NCBI RefSeq assembly: GCF_001194135.2 | Contig: NC_069001.1 | Span: 29,497,830-29,561,829 of the forward strand | From: Octopus bimaculoides | Lineage: Eukaryota | Reading direction: 5' to 3' | Length of the DNA stretch: 64,000 nt | Shown: positions 40,450 through 54,459 of the stretch, one piece after another | Numbering within the stretch: the first letter of the stretch is position 1 | How the letters are laid out: every line of letters starts with the position of its first letter | Position numbers and translations under genes: made by a program | Notes under the pieces: model-generated | Database searches by the model: none | Seen by the model: the letters and a program-made list of their open reading frames with translations, nothing else | Told to the model about the DNA's origin: nothing

Positions 40450-40870
40450 AATCATTAACTAGAATATGACTGGCCGATAACAATTTTGTCATTGTAACCA
40501 GCCTCAGTTGACACCAGGACCTAAAGACGGATTCGAAACCTGCCGAATGCTTTCGTCAATGTGTCCCACGGAAGGTTTTCCACCACATTCTGGATCTTGG
40601 CTACCCAGTCGGCCTTGGTAATACAGGAAAAAAAGTTAACGTCTTTATCAACAGCGTCTCATACATAGTAGCCCATGGTATTAAAATTGAACGAATTAGG
40701 TAATTGGCGGTGGTGTAGCCGTATACATTTGCCGATAACCACTACTACCACTTTTCAGAGACGGTGCGGAATCGAATCGTGTTGCCTCAGGTGAGTCTTT
40801 CCACCAGCAACCACCTCCAGCTAGATTTTGGTCACAATCACCCGGAACTTTGGGTAAATCTCTGAACAGA
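40450..40870 (-). pseudogene. DD37D (maT)-like mariner transposase C-terminal fragment
   Basis: Frame-shifted LEVVAGGKTHLRQHDSIPH…WLSANVY…LPNSFNFNTMGYYV*DAVDKDVN…ITKADWVAKI…FRIRL*VLVSTEAGY follows the QQDSAPCH…WPPNSPDLNPLDYYVW pattern. No TIRs seen. Confidence 0.7.
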
Positions 40871-41928
40871 GCGTAAGTTAGAAGACAAATCATTCACCGC
40901 AATCTGTGTATACATGTTTGTATCTATATGTGTTTTTTTTAATCTCTATGTATATATATATATATGTATGTATGTATACGTGTGTGTAAACATACAAACT
41001 TACACACAAAATCATACGCGCACAAGTATATAAAATATGTATATAGGAAACCATAGGGAAAATATTTGTAACAAATTTATTGAAAGAAAGGTTGTTGTTA
41101 ATGTTATGTTCAAACATAATTAAATGTAGTATTTAACTAAATCAACAACACCCGGAAAAATGAATATATATCAAAATGATAGATGCATATTTTAAAGATT
41201 GTGATTTATATACGTATGCTAACAAATAATTAACTAAAACTTTGATAATTATTTCTAAATATTTAATTTCGTTCAAATAATTCAGAGGAGATAAACCCGG
41301 AAATTCGATGTTGAAAAATAATTAATTATTGAATATATAAACGAGTGATTTCTATGTGTAGCGCTATACGGATAACTAAGGAAATGTGTTCGGTTTTACG
41401 CCTCAGCATTGAACAATTTACAATTATTTTTAATGAGACATATCCTTAAAATAAACAGGCTTAGTGGTGAAACCACTGGCTCTGTGAGGACTGTGGGAGC
41501 AGATCTAAATGAAATTCAGTTTTGTCTTTTTCTTCAAAATTCGATGGATGGGTAGTTTGTCAGGGTATAGTATAAATTCCTACGTACACATGACTACACA
41601 TGCCAAGAAATGCACACAAAAGCAGACAGAGATACGCTCATACACGCATGTGTATAAATACAATCAAACACACACACATACACACGTAACGGGGTTGTAC
41701 GTTTCTTCCTATAAGCTAGTTAAAGTTTTGCCTCTCCTATGGAGTAATAATGCGTGTCTATATATATATATATATATATAGATATGCAGGGCAGGGAATC
41801 ATCAATTAGTAATAAAATTAATAATTAACAATTCTGCCGGGTAGCTCAGTATGAAAAAAACCTTCTTCGGTAAATAATTTATAATCATAAATATATAGGG
41901 ATTGACAGTAACCTGCTTCTCCAACATA

Positions 41929-42034
41929 CTGAGAATTCAGAAATAGCAGTCAAAGAACTACTGATTTCAAACTGGAGTAATAATTTGTAGTTTTGAAATC
42001 AGTAGTTCTTTGACTGCTATTTCTGAATTCTCAG
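41929..42034. repeat. Perfect 43-bp inverted repeat with 20-nt spacer, abutting an assembly gap
   Basis: 41929-41971 is the exact reverse complement of 41992-42034. Confidence 0.95.
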
Positions 42035-42651
42035 NNNNNNNNNNNNNNNNNNNNNNNNNNNNNNNNNNNNNNNNNNNNNNNNNNNNNNNNNNNNNNNNNN
42101 NNNNNNNNNNNNNNNNNNNNNNNNNNNNNNNNNNNNNNNNNNNNNNNNNNNNNNNNNNNNNNNNATATATATATATATATATATATATATAATACATACA
42201 TACAAACATACACGGCTAATTATCACAATAAAATTCCGTAATGGATTTTCAGTATAGTACGCCAGCATAAATGTAGATCTCTCAGATTTGACGAGGACAT
42301 TAAAATCTTTATTTTATAACCACACCCTGGTATGTTTTGGGGGAATACTTTTATGGAGAACAAAAGTTTGAAAATTTATCCTCCCTGACCATTGCAATGC
42401 TCAATTAAAAATCATGAGAGACCATCCAGTAGAAAAAAGAAGAAAAATATAAGTTATGGTATTTCTCGAACTGCCTTTCCCACACCATACTAGTTTGGCC
42501 ATTTTCTATTTTTGCACTGAAGAACGACGCCCTAGTGAGATTTCCTAGGGACGTGTATACTCACCAACTCACACACACAGGCACACTCAATGTGAGCGAT
42601 ATACATTTATAGCGTGAGAAAGTTTTAACATGTGACAGTGAGAAATAGGCA

Positions 42652-42653
<2 letters not shown>

Positions 42654-42693
<40 letters not shown>

Positions 42694-42745
42694 GGAGAGA
42701 GAAAGAAAGAGAGAGAGAGAGAAAAAAAGAAAGAGAGAGAGAGAA

Positions 42746-42782
<37 letters not shown>

Positions 42783-42810
42783 AAGAGAGAGAAAGAGAGA
42801 GAAAGAGAGA
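42654..42810. repeat. (GA)n/(GAAA) purine tract
   Basis: Directly visible. Confidence 0.95.
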
Positions 42811-43179
42811 GCAATCTTCAACTGCTGTCACAGATTTTGAAATTTTAAAATTAAGTGGGAATATACAAATTCAACATATTGATGTACTTTTTCATGATGA
42901 ATCTCAATTTGTAATTCATTTATTTCAAAACATTTTAGTAAAATGTTCCAGATGACTAAACTTTGGACATGTTTACCCAATCAAAAGACAGGATTTTTGT
43001 ACGTGATAACTGTGACAAAAGCAAGTAAACATTAGAACACGAGGTGTTTAACAAAATGAAAGCAATTGTGAAAGTTGATAGATAGAAAGAGTGTCAAAGT
43101 GTATAGGAAATATATATACAGGGATAGTTTGATGCTGACAGAGAGTCAGAACGTTCTCGTAGAAAATTATATCTCTTAC

Positions 43180-43219
<40 letters not shown>

Positions 43220-43324
43220 TACGATCAAAATTATTTGTGGACGCATTATTCCTCAATCAAATTCATTTAATTGGAACGAATCACCATCTCAGATCCCTTT
43301 CCGGGCTAAGTACACACATACATA

Positions 43325-43830
43325 ACGGCATGCTGTGGCAAATCCCCTACCCTTTTCTCCACCTTCCACGTGACCTGTGACCGGTCGGCCATGTTATTTC
43401 TTTCTTGGCCTGATTGCCGACTGCCAACACCTCTTATGTCCATTTCCCATGTTCCTGCCTTTAGGCTTTCACTTCATACACCCCAGCTCAAGTTGAATCG
43501 TTCTCAGTCGAAAGACGCCTGTTGTTATATTCTTGTTTTGTATTTGTAATTGTGTACCACGTTCTCCCTTTTTTTTGTCTTTTTTACCGTACACACTTGC
43601 TAGCTTTCTTACAAAAGATTTGATGCTCTTAGCTTAGACTTTTTAAAGGGGCAACCAGATCCAACTATCGCAAGTGTAACTGCCCGAAACAGTAAATATA
43701 TCTGGTAACCTGACTGAAGAAGGAAGGCCATGAATGACCTGTTCTTTTCCCCCTGCGTCCTTCTAATTGTTGCCCACCTTTGTATCATATATCTGTGCGT
43801 ATGTTTTATTGTCCTCTATTGCGTTTTGTT
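43325..43830 (+). mobile_element. Possible LINE 3' UTR-like repeat
   Basis: Non-coding, pyrimidine-rich, higher GC than flanks, imperfect terminal stem-loop (gaagaaggaaggcc…gacctgttcttttc); assignment is inference only. Confidence 0.3.
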
Positions 43831-44733
43831 CCATTATATATATACATATGTTCCATTATATATATATATATATACATATNNNNNNNNNNNNNNNNNNNNN
43901 NNNNNNNNNNNNNNNNNNNNNNNNNNNNNNNNNNNNNNNNNNNNNNNNNNNNNNNNNNNNNNNNNNNNNNNNNNNNNNNNNNNNNNNNNNNNNNNNNNNN
44001 NNNNNNNNNNNNNNNNNNNNNNNNNNNNNNNNNNNNNNNNNNNNNNNNNNNNNNNNNNNNNNNNNNNNNNNNNNNNNNNNNNNNNNNNNNNNNNNNNNNN
44101 NNNNNNNNNNNNNNNNNNNNNNNNNNNNNNNNNNNNNNNNNNNNNNNNNNNNNNNNNNNNNNNNNNNNNNNNNNNNNNNNNNNNNNNNNNNNNNNNNNNN
44201 NNNNNNNNNNNNNNNNNNNNNNNNNNNNNNNNNNNNNNNNNNNNNNNNNNNNNNNNNNNNNNNNNNNNNNNNNNNNNNNNNNNNNNNNNNNNNNNNNNNN
44301 NNNNNNNNNNNNNNNNNNNNNNNNNNNNNNNNNNNNNNNNNNNNNNNNNNNNNNNNNNNNNNNNNNNNNNNNNNNNNNNNNNNNNNNNNNNNNNNNNNNN
44401 NNNNNNNNNNNNNNNNNNNNNNNNNNNNNNNNNNNNNNNNNNNNNNNNNNNNNNNNNNNNNNNNNNNNNNNNNNNNNNNNNNNNNNNNNNNNNNNNNNNN
44501 NNNNNNNNNNNNNNNNNNNNNNNNNNNNNNNNNNNNNNNNNNNNNNNNNNNNNNNNNNNNNNNNNTATATATATAATGCCACACAATAGACTTATTCTGT
44601 AGTAATGCCCTTATATAAATATAAACGAATAATTATATTCTTGGGAATAGAAATTCCCCTTATGAATTCTTTTACACACTGGCTTCCTGATTAAATTCTT
44701 GTAAAATATTTTAATCCTTTTTTTGAATTTATT

Positions 44734-44769
<36 letters not shown>

Positions 44770-44978
44770 TGAGCATGTGTGTGACATATGAGTGTTCGGC
44801 AATTTCCTGCCAAACGGATGTGCTTTTTACGCTAGTAAGTATTGTATTTATAATTGTGATTTTCGTAAGTCAATCTACTTAGCAGTAGAAGTATCATAAT
44901 AGAAAATTTCCCTCTTAGGGGCGTGCGAATCTTAACTTCATTTATATGTATTTTTGCTACGCAATTAACTTTTCAATC

Positions 44979-46560
44979 ATGGCTTCCAGCCTCATTGAGA
45001 TTTACGCTCACCCAGATGACGGTACAACGATTCGTTTCCTTCTCTCTCCTGTTGCGAGCAGGAGGAGGTGAATGATTTACTCCCCAAAAGAAATACAATG
45101 TATACTTTCAAGGGCATCCCGTACAACAAAATCAAGGAACTCAAGAATGATGAATTTAAACTAAACATTTGTGATTTCGCATCAGCTGCACGAGTGCAAC
45201 AAGAATCACTCAACTTTAATGTTGAAAATATAAGATTGTGAAGAATTTATTACAGAGAAATTGCACAAATCTGAACAACCCCACCGCACGATATACAACA
45301 GCGCACAGCACAACAAACAATTATGTACAAAATTCTGTCACTCAAACAAAGAAAGGTTAACCAAGTTGCAAAGGTAACTATTGAAACTTGTTTGCAACCA
45401 ATATGTTCAAGGATCAAATACATGTTCAGAGGGGAAAATATGGCACTGTGGGCGTGCAAAATAACATTCCATAGTGTCCCTAAATACGAGCTAGCTGGTG
45501 CTTCTGCCGACGCCCCTAAGACGAATCTTCTCAAGAATTAAAATTTAAGATTTGCCAGAGATTGATATCCTATCGGTGATATCCTGCTCGACAGTGAAGA
45601 GAAAATAAACATACTTCAAACTGCCAAAGAGCACCAACAGAACCGGTGGCGCATGGGATAGAGTTGCTAATCCAAGCGAAATAACAGGACCTAGAACAAA
45701 TACCAGACCTGATATACACCAGATGGGACATTACTGCGTGTGATTGTGGAAGGGTGTAGACCGAAGTGGTCCGATATGGACAAAAAGACCACGTCATAGC
45801 CTCTAGCCCATTGGGAGCAAGAGAGAAAAGTTACACCCAAGCAAATAACACACCCCAACTGATCCCCAAAAATCAATCCAGAAGGCAAAACAAATTTCCC
45901 CACTTCCTTCCGAAACAGCCAAGTCCCTATAACATAAAGAAGAAAAAAGACTCTACCCCCAACACCCCACCACAATCATCTTCACTCACCCACATTCCTG
46001 ACGCCACTAGCATCACTGCCAGCTCCGCACACAAAACAGTCACAAACCTCACAGCCATCAACACAACAAAAACATCCGAAATGGAAAACACATAAGACAA
46101 CCCCAACATACCACCGAACAAGTCAATTATCCTGAAATCACATGTCCCCAAGCACATTGACACTGTAAACATAAACAGTGCCATTTACATTCAGCTAAAA
46201 GACAAATAACCCAATGATATAGGAAATCAGCAAAGAACGTTCACAAGACACTTATACAAAAATTTAATTGAGGATACCCCATAAGCTACCCAAGGGAGTG
46301 AGGAGAATCCTTCACTTCCCTTCAACAGACAACGTAATTAACGCCCACTTTTTCCTTACTTTTCTCTCATGTACAACGCTCAAGCTAGGCAGTATAAATA
46401 TACGTGGCCTCGAATCGCATTGGCAGCAAAGATACTTGCTCTATGATATCAGATCACTGGATTTGGATGTAATAGTCATATGAGACTAAATTCAGCGTGA
46501 ATTCCTTGATCATACTCGAGCTAGCACTTTAGCTCGTGGCTTAAGAAGTTTTCACGTCAA
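44979..46560 (+). mobile_element. L1/Tx1-like LINE, 5' part: decayed ORF1 plus start of ORF2 APE endonuclease
   Basis: ORF1 remnants end in a decayed zinc knuckle (VIVEGCRPK…RYGQKDHVIASSP) and an S/T/P/N-rich linker; ~46371 onward TTLKLGSINIRGL…LDLDVIVI*ET is the APE N-terminal motif. RT absent. Confidence 0.78.
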
Positions 46561-46799
46561 ACCCAGCATGCTCCTCCTTATGGAGTACGACCTTATTATC
46601 TTCATTTATATTTAAAATTTTCAAACTTCACACTTGTTACCAATGTTGGCACACACCATCATGTTGCTATTTCATTTTGTTATTGATTATATGTATGACG
46701 CTACGTTGTCTGTCCTGTCCTGTACTTCTGTGTAAAGCCCTTAGTTACCAATACAGAATTGAATTTTGTGCCGAACAACCAAACAGAAAATCTCTTTAT

Positions 46800-47020
46800 A
46801 GTCATAAAAAGTTTGCGTTCACATAAGCGCATTCCCTCCATCAAATCTACATTCCCTGTACAGATGCACCGCGTGCCACATACCAGATAAAATGATCGCA
46901 GAGCAACGTGAATCGAACTACCTTGCTCAAGAACATAAGACAACGCCCGGTCTGGGACTCGAAACCACGATCTTGCAATCGGGTGTACACCACCGCAACC
47001 TCTACGCCACGTGCCTTCAC
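46800..47020 (-). mobile_element. SINE family 3 head, tail type E
   Basis: gagcaacgtgaa…ccttgctcaagaaca…ctgggactcgaaaccacgatc. Confidence 0.7.
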
Positions 47021-47882
47021 ACGCACATACACACACACATACACACACACATACACACACATTTATATACAATAACAGGGAGCTAGATAGATATGCACAT
47101 ACACAGAAATAAACATATTTAGCAGACGCCATGAAAGCAATGTCCCTGCATATCGATAGTAAATTACTGGAAACGTGTATCACAATATAAGTAACTCAAA
47201 TAATATAATAAATAAAGTTTTATGTTGAAAGTATATATATTTGGTTTACTCTGACACAGTCAGTGTTGTTAGCGTGTACACAACTAATTATATAGATAGT
47301 GTGTGTCGATAATTGACTTAAAAACAGACAGACAACATTGATTATATGAGAATGCAGTCAATAGAATTAAATTCTATTGAGATAAATTTTAAACATAATC
47401 ATGTAAGGTACAGACAATTGAATGAAAACCTGCCATTATTTGCAAACGAATTCCTGAAACAGAATTCTGTATTTAAAAGACAGATTCTCCTCTAAATAAA
47501 AGTGAGAGAAAATGAATATTGTATATCAGACGGAACACCAAGCAACAATGATGTAATCAAACATTAAACTAGTGGATTACGTGACAAAACAGGAACGTTC
47601 TTCGTGAATATATGTGTAACAGGAAATATCACACTTCAAAAATAAAAACGTAAACCAAATAAAAATATAACAATCTACTGCTAGGCGACTGTCTTATATA
47701 GGTGCGTTCTACTAGCGTTACTAGGTGACGATATCGATACATGAAAGCATAATACGTATATGTAAATACCGTCTGTGTTTATACAATAATTAGCTTCACA
47801 CATCTACATATGTATTCGCGATTTATATGTAACTACATTATCACACACACCAACACACACATACACACATCTATCTATCTAC

Positions 47883-47922
<40 letters not shown>

Positions 47923-50106
47923 TTTACATGAGTTAGAGGTTAGACAACCATCTAAGGGATAATAAATATCCAATATACGACTGGAGGGATACATATCTTT
48001 ATCCAAATGCGAACTGGCGCAAGACAATAGTATTATAATTGAATGATAGCTACAACCGGAGGTAAAGAAAAGTTTATCCAAAATATATAAGGTGAAGAAG
48101 AATATGGAGAAGAGATTCAATTGACAAACATCAGCAAAATCTATTTATTACAAACATAGGAGTAAACATATAAATAAGTAAATACAACTCCACTCTTACA
48201 GCTGTGTCTACTTTGGGGGTCCAGTATTCTAAATGGGTTATCCCTCCTCATCAAGATATTCGGTGGCATTCAAAATACTTAGTTTCTGCCAGTACCTTTT
48301 TATTTGTATCATGTTTTGCTGCTTAACTTTGATCACTGTTTTGTGTAGTCAGCATTTACTCTTACTCCTTGACTAACACGATACAAAATGGTTCATTTCG
48401 TGGATTAGTATAGCATATTCTTGTAGATGTTATCCCTATCGCATGAGGTTTCCGGTTTGAACATGAAATCAGTAAGTCTGAAAGCTTTGTATGCAAAGTA
48501 AATTCATGAACTAACTTGGTACTTGTCCACAACTGTGGTACTTGCGTACACATTCGTTGTCCATAAAACCAGGCAAGTATAACTTATTCCACTCATTCAA
48601 TGCACACGCCATTCGGATGCCGGACCATTATCAGATTCGTTATTCTAGATCAGTGGTACTACATCATGATCTAATGATTACAGTTTCCACGAACGACCAA
48701 TCAGCAGACTCATCCATGTTAGCTAACCACCGAATTTAAGGTCGTCAGGATATTAAATGATATATGGATATACTATGACTTGATGTTCTGCATGGAATTT
48801 TCTATTATTCATATTGGATTTCCTACTTCAACTGTAACCTTTACAAAGTTAATAGCAAATTTATGCCCGGCATAACATCAAATACTAACCGTAAATATGT
48901 AGTCACCATATTTCTTTTTCAATATTTACTTCATCAAAAAAAAAAAAACAGGCGGTGATATATTACATTTAATAGCATCATTGAATAGAAACGTTTGTTT
49001 GTAAGTGAAGCTTGAAAGCGTAGTGATAATAATGTCTCTATTCGTTAGTCGAACTTAACGCGAGAATGACATAAATCATATATGTGTTTTACAGGACCTG
49101 GTAGTTTACAGCAAGAAATAATTTACTGAGTCTGCGTTTTGTGTGGCTGGCTTAATTTGTGCGCTATTAGTGTCATTTGATTGAATGTGGATCAATGGTG
49201 CAGGCCTGAAAATATGAAGGATGGATGCCGTATTGAAATCAATATTATTTACACTGATCACTGACAAAAACAACCTAAAACATCGCTGCTTATAACACAT
49301 TCACAAACACACGTGTAATCCAGTCAAAACCAAACACAAACCTATATAAACACATGCAAATGTGAGTGATTGCATTTGTGTATATGTGTGTGTAAAAACG
49401 ATTCGAATTTCCCCATACGTATATGGATATCTATGTAAAGATAAACGGAACGAGAATGCAGTGTGTACTGAGAGTTGCGTATTCGGGAATATATTTCAAT
49501 ATCTACGGCATACAAATAATCCCCATATGTATAGAAATATATACAGTGTGAAACTATATTAGATGCACTGTAAGAAAAAAGAGATAACTAAAAATTAAGA
49601 TGAAATATATCTATAACTGGTAAACCATCCATCCAGCCATTCATTCCTCCATACATACATAATACCTACATACGCACGTACATACATATATGCATACAGA
49701 CAGACACACACATATGCATGTATGGCTCCAAAAGATGAAAGTTATACTTCAATGAGACAGAACACAAAAGCAATACACAACTATCGATATGTTACCCGTT
49801 TATTTTGGACCAACAGTTCTCTATCTCTTTATGATCAGACGTATTTTTGCACATGCAACTGTGTTCAAACACTCTAATCATGCACATGGAAGGGTCGGTG
49901 TATATTTACATATGCACGCGTATCTAGGCGTCGTAAAATAGGGATCAATACATGTATGCGTCTTTATTTGCACAGCATAGGTACACACATATAAATGCAA
50001 GCATACATACGTACGCAATTGCGCGTGTATATATAGATAAACGTATATACACCCATATATTTATATACATACATACATATATATCGATAGATATATACAT
50101 ATACAT

Positions 50107-50145
<39 letters not shown>

Positions 50146-50155
50146 NNNNNNNNNN

Positions 50156-50198
<43 letters not shown>

Positions 50199-50411
50199 TT
50201 ATACCCAAACACATACACACACATATATATATATATATACATGAAGTAGGCGAGAAAGAAAGTGAAAACGGGGCAAAGAACGTGAGAGGGAAAGAAGCAA
50301 ATACGTAGAAGAAAACTAAATACGTAATTAGATATATGGGTGTGTGTGTATACTTATATATGTATATACTTATACATGTGTATGTGAGTGTGTTGCTGTG
50401 TATGTATATTA

Positions 50412-50443
<32 letters not shown>

Positions 50444-51044
50444 ATATATATATATNNNNNNNNNNNNNNNNNNNNNNNNNNNNNNNNNNNNNNNATGTAT
50501 ACGCAATTTCTCAAACTACTTTCCTTAGCATTCGTTTAGAATGAGGAAGAGAGAAAGGGAGAGAGATAACACAAAGAAACATTACATGTGAGAAAGAAAG
50601 GGTGATTCTATTGTTAGGACTTATAAATTCATAAAATAGAATGATATAAATCTATGTGGAGTTTATATCTCTATAAAGTTCAACGACAAGGGAATGGTTG
50701 CTTGAAAAAGCCTATGCAATCACTGATAGTCGTAGTTGAAATTTATTGAAATGTATCTATCTATTTATATAAACATACACACGCGCACATGTATGGTACC
50801 ATAAACATAGGTGTCTGTGTGCATGTATGCAAAAAGTATGTGTGTATGTATGTTGAAATATATGTGTAAGTATGTATGTTAAATGTGTATATTTTGAAAC
50901 GAGGCGTTTGATAAAATTTACGTTTGTGAAAAAATGTTTTGAAAATGAAATATATGTGCATTGTATTGTATACTGGATATATTCCACCTAAAATTTTCTA
51001 TCGAACCATATGTACATTCGTATGCGCATGCATAAGTTCTACTT

Positions 51045-51090
<46 letters not shown>

Positions 51091-51112
51091 GTTAAACTGA
51101 CACAAGCACACA

Positions 51113-51173
<61 letters not shown>

Positions 51174-52192
51174 GCGGGTTTTTTGTGTATATGTGTATTT
51201 ACTATATATGCTCTATACTAAATTTATGTGTGTACGTATGCTATGTAAATATACATATATATATACAGAGAGAGAGGGGGGAGAGGGGGAGAGAGAGGGG
51301 GAGAGAGAGGGAGAGAGAGAGAGGGAGAGAGAGAGAGGGAGAGATGAAGAAAGTGACAGAGAAAGAGAGTGAGAGTGAAAGGGAGAGAGAGAGTAAGTGA
51401 TAAATAGGGAGACAGACTTGCATGCAAAGTATATTTATATATATATATGTGAAAGTATGTTTACATACCTATGTACGGCTTTTATATACATATCCTATTA
51501 TTAGCGTACTTGTTTTTCATATTGAAAAGATAGAACATATCTCATAATATCTTTAACGCATCACAACCTAGAATGACTATATCATTACACCCTTGGTGAA
51601 ATGACTGCATGTGATATTCCGTGCATGTGCATAATCTAAATCAGTATTTTACTGCCACTATGAATAATCATGTCCAAAATAAATAATTTTACTGGGACTA
51701 ATACAGACGAGACAAACTGATTTCCTCCTAGCGACAGTAACATTTGCTTGATAGCAACACTAGATGCATACTTTGAAATTTCGTGAATAGAGTCAGAGGA
51801 AAATCCTCTATCGTCTCAGTGTTTGCTTTGTATATTTACGAGTAAATTGAATGATCGTGTTTTACTAATGCGCACTGCGAAGGAGACGCTTGATCGAAAC
51901 TGACCCGGCGTAACACAACAAGATCACATATTTATACTATTTACACGCGGCATAACACAACGTCACTTATTTACACTAATTCCCTTGGAGCTAAATCTTT
52001 ACCAATGTAGCTTGAGTGACAACAGTTGCAGCGTTACAAAACGTAAGAGCATTACCAACCGTTGCGGCACATCTGCAAAGTTTCAGCCTATTACAAATAA
52101 CAAGTGAATGCTCTCGTAGAGAGACACACACACACACCCGAACACATACACACACAAGCAGCCACTTTAGAAAATGTACAGTTGCATATAAA

Positions 52193-52518
52193 GGAGCACT
52201 CCGTCGGTTACGACAACGCGGGTCCCACCTGATACGATCAATGGAACTGCTTGCTCGTGAAATTAACGTGCAAGTGACTGAGCGATCCACAGACACGTGT
52301 GCCCCTAACGTAGTTCTCAGGGAGATTCAGCATGACACAGAGTGTGGACAAGGCTGGCCCTTTGAAATACAGGTACTACTGATTTTTGCTAGCTGAGTGG
52401 ACTGGAGCAACCTGAAAATAAAATATCTTGATCAAAGACACAACGCGTCGTCGGGAATAGAACTCATGACCTTACGATCCTGAGCCGAATTCCCTAACCA
52501 CTAAGCCACGCGTCTTCA
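52193..52518 (-). mobile_element. SINE family 3 head, tail type B
   Basis: gctagctgagtggactggagcaac…ctaaccactaagccacgcgtc plus tail shared with 5.5 and 54.1 kb. Confidence 0.85.
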
Positions 52519-54087
52519 CACAGTTACACATAATAAACACGTGGCAGTTAGACATATTATCAGTCAGATATTAGATATAATGATCATGAAGCAGCGAGAT
52601 ATTAAAGATCTGCAATGTCAGGGATGATCGAGGGCCTGTGTAACAACAGTAACATCATTATTCTGTTATTCTTTTAAGCGTTTTAGTCCAAACGCTGTGG
52701 TCATGCTAGTGCACCGCGAGTGTTATCACCCTCTCAATGGCCATCCTTATGCGATTGGATTTTAGGTTGAGTTCCTTGCTGTAATGCAAGTTAGTCTTGG
52801 ACCTTGGACAGCATGAGCTCAACTCGTTTCTTGAAAATATTTTCCCTCCATTCCATCGAGATTTATTGCATATTTTATCAAGTTATTAAATAGCCATATG
52901 TTTTTGAATTGTAATATAATACAGAGAACTATTATAACTATAACCTAGTTATAAAACAAACTAATATTTTTGAGAAGTTATTGTCGAAATGACGCTTAGG
53001 AACATCGAGCGGTATTAAATTACTCCTAAACGTGACATTTCTGCAAATCAATTAGACACTTAACCACATATAGAGCAGATAATAATATTAGGTTTAGTGC
53101 TACACCGTGTGTTTTATTCTTGCTTGGTTTTTCTGAAGTACTCTGCTCTGTGCAAATATTTTCACTACATTCCAGATACCTCGACGTAGGTAATCAGATG
53201 AATTAATTATTACTCTAATATCAGTTAAAATGTTCATTGTATTTATTTCACGTTACCTACCCAAGTGACATAGTTTCAAATATTTGCCAATCCCATCTTC
53301 ACCACTTTCAGAACCGATGCGATACGACTGCATCTGTTTTACGATCACCAAATAAACTGCTGTCGTTCTAAACAACAATATCTCGCTCATCTTTTGTCAC
53401 TCCAAGCATCGCAATTCATTACATTAACACACATTTTACAGAAATAAGAAATGCATGTGAGTTTTATTAGAATATCTGAATCTAGTCCCAAGTAAATGCT
53501 ACTTTCACAGCAACAACTAATATCTCGGGTTTCAGTTTTGTTTTGTATTAAAAGTTGCATATGAAATGATACTATCAATATCCAGAAACATAATTTCATT
53601 ATATATTCTCCCTATAAGATGCCACCATGCGTGTAGTTTCAAACGTCATTAGCATTCCTATGAATATGACTAACAGACGAATCCCTAACTACATTCACAA
53701 TCACTAAGCATAACATTCGCACTTTACTGTCACTTGGCTTCCTGATCAAGAAAATTACTGATAACGAATTCATAATTTCTACAGAGGTAATAACCCAAAG
53801 AATACGTCACCATCTTTACCAAAAGGGCGCGGACAAGCAGATAGTTTTTCAAATATATTCTGATGTGAAATTTCAGCAAATCTAAGGGCGGGTGCTGTAG
53901 TTTTTTTTTCTTTTTTTTTTGAGTCAATTAATATATAACGAAGGTATATAATAAATATCAGAAGAAAAAAAAAATAATGATGCATATTCCGTAGTAGTTA
54001 CATTAATTTATGTTATTCTATTTCTCACATTTAGGTACTGCTTCTGCGAGGTCTCTTCTACACGCAAAATTTATATGAATCTATGTT

Positions 54088-54459
54088 TGATGGCACTCGG
54101 TCGCTTACGACGTCGAGGGTTCCAGTTGATCCGATCAACGGAACAGCCTGCTCGTAAATTTAACGTGCAAGTGGCTGAGGAATCCACAGACACATGTACC
54201 CTTAACGTAGTTCTCGGGGATATTCAGCGTGACACAGTGTGACAAGGCTGACACTTTGAATTACAGGAACAACAGAAACATAAAGTAAGAGTGAGAAAAA
54301 GTTGTGGTGAAAGAGTACAGCAGGGCTCACCATCATCCCCTACCAGAGCCTCAGGTGTTTTCGCTCAATAAACACTCACAAAGCCCGATCTGAAAATCGA
54401 AACCGTGATCTTATGAGCGTGAATCCGCTGCCCTAACCACTGGGCCATTGGGCCTCCAC
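54088..54459 (-). mobile_element. SINE with a different tRNA head/core (family 4) and tail type B, flanked by ~150-160-bp direct repeats
   Basis: Head gtggaggcccaatggcccagtggttagggcagcgga…ggtttcgatt; flanks 53926-54084 and 54461-54619 are near-identical. Confidence 0.85.

Noticed and set aside
40759-40790. Apparent micro-exon (ttttcag…cag/gtgagt) and ORF 40696-40893
   Set aside because: They lie inside the DD37D transposase remnant, which explains the sequence better.
43680-43725. CGAAAC…CTGAAGA arrangement resembling a type II hammerhead
   Set aside because: No convincing stems I or II.
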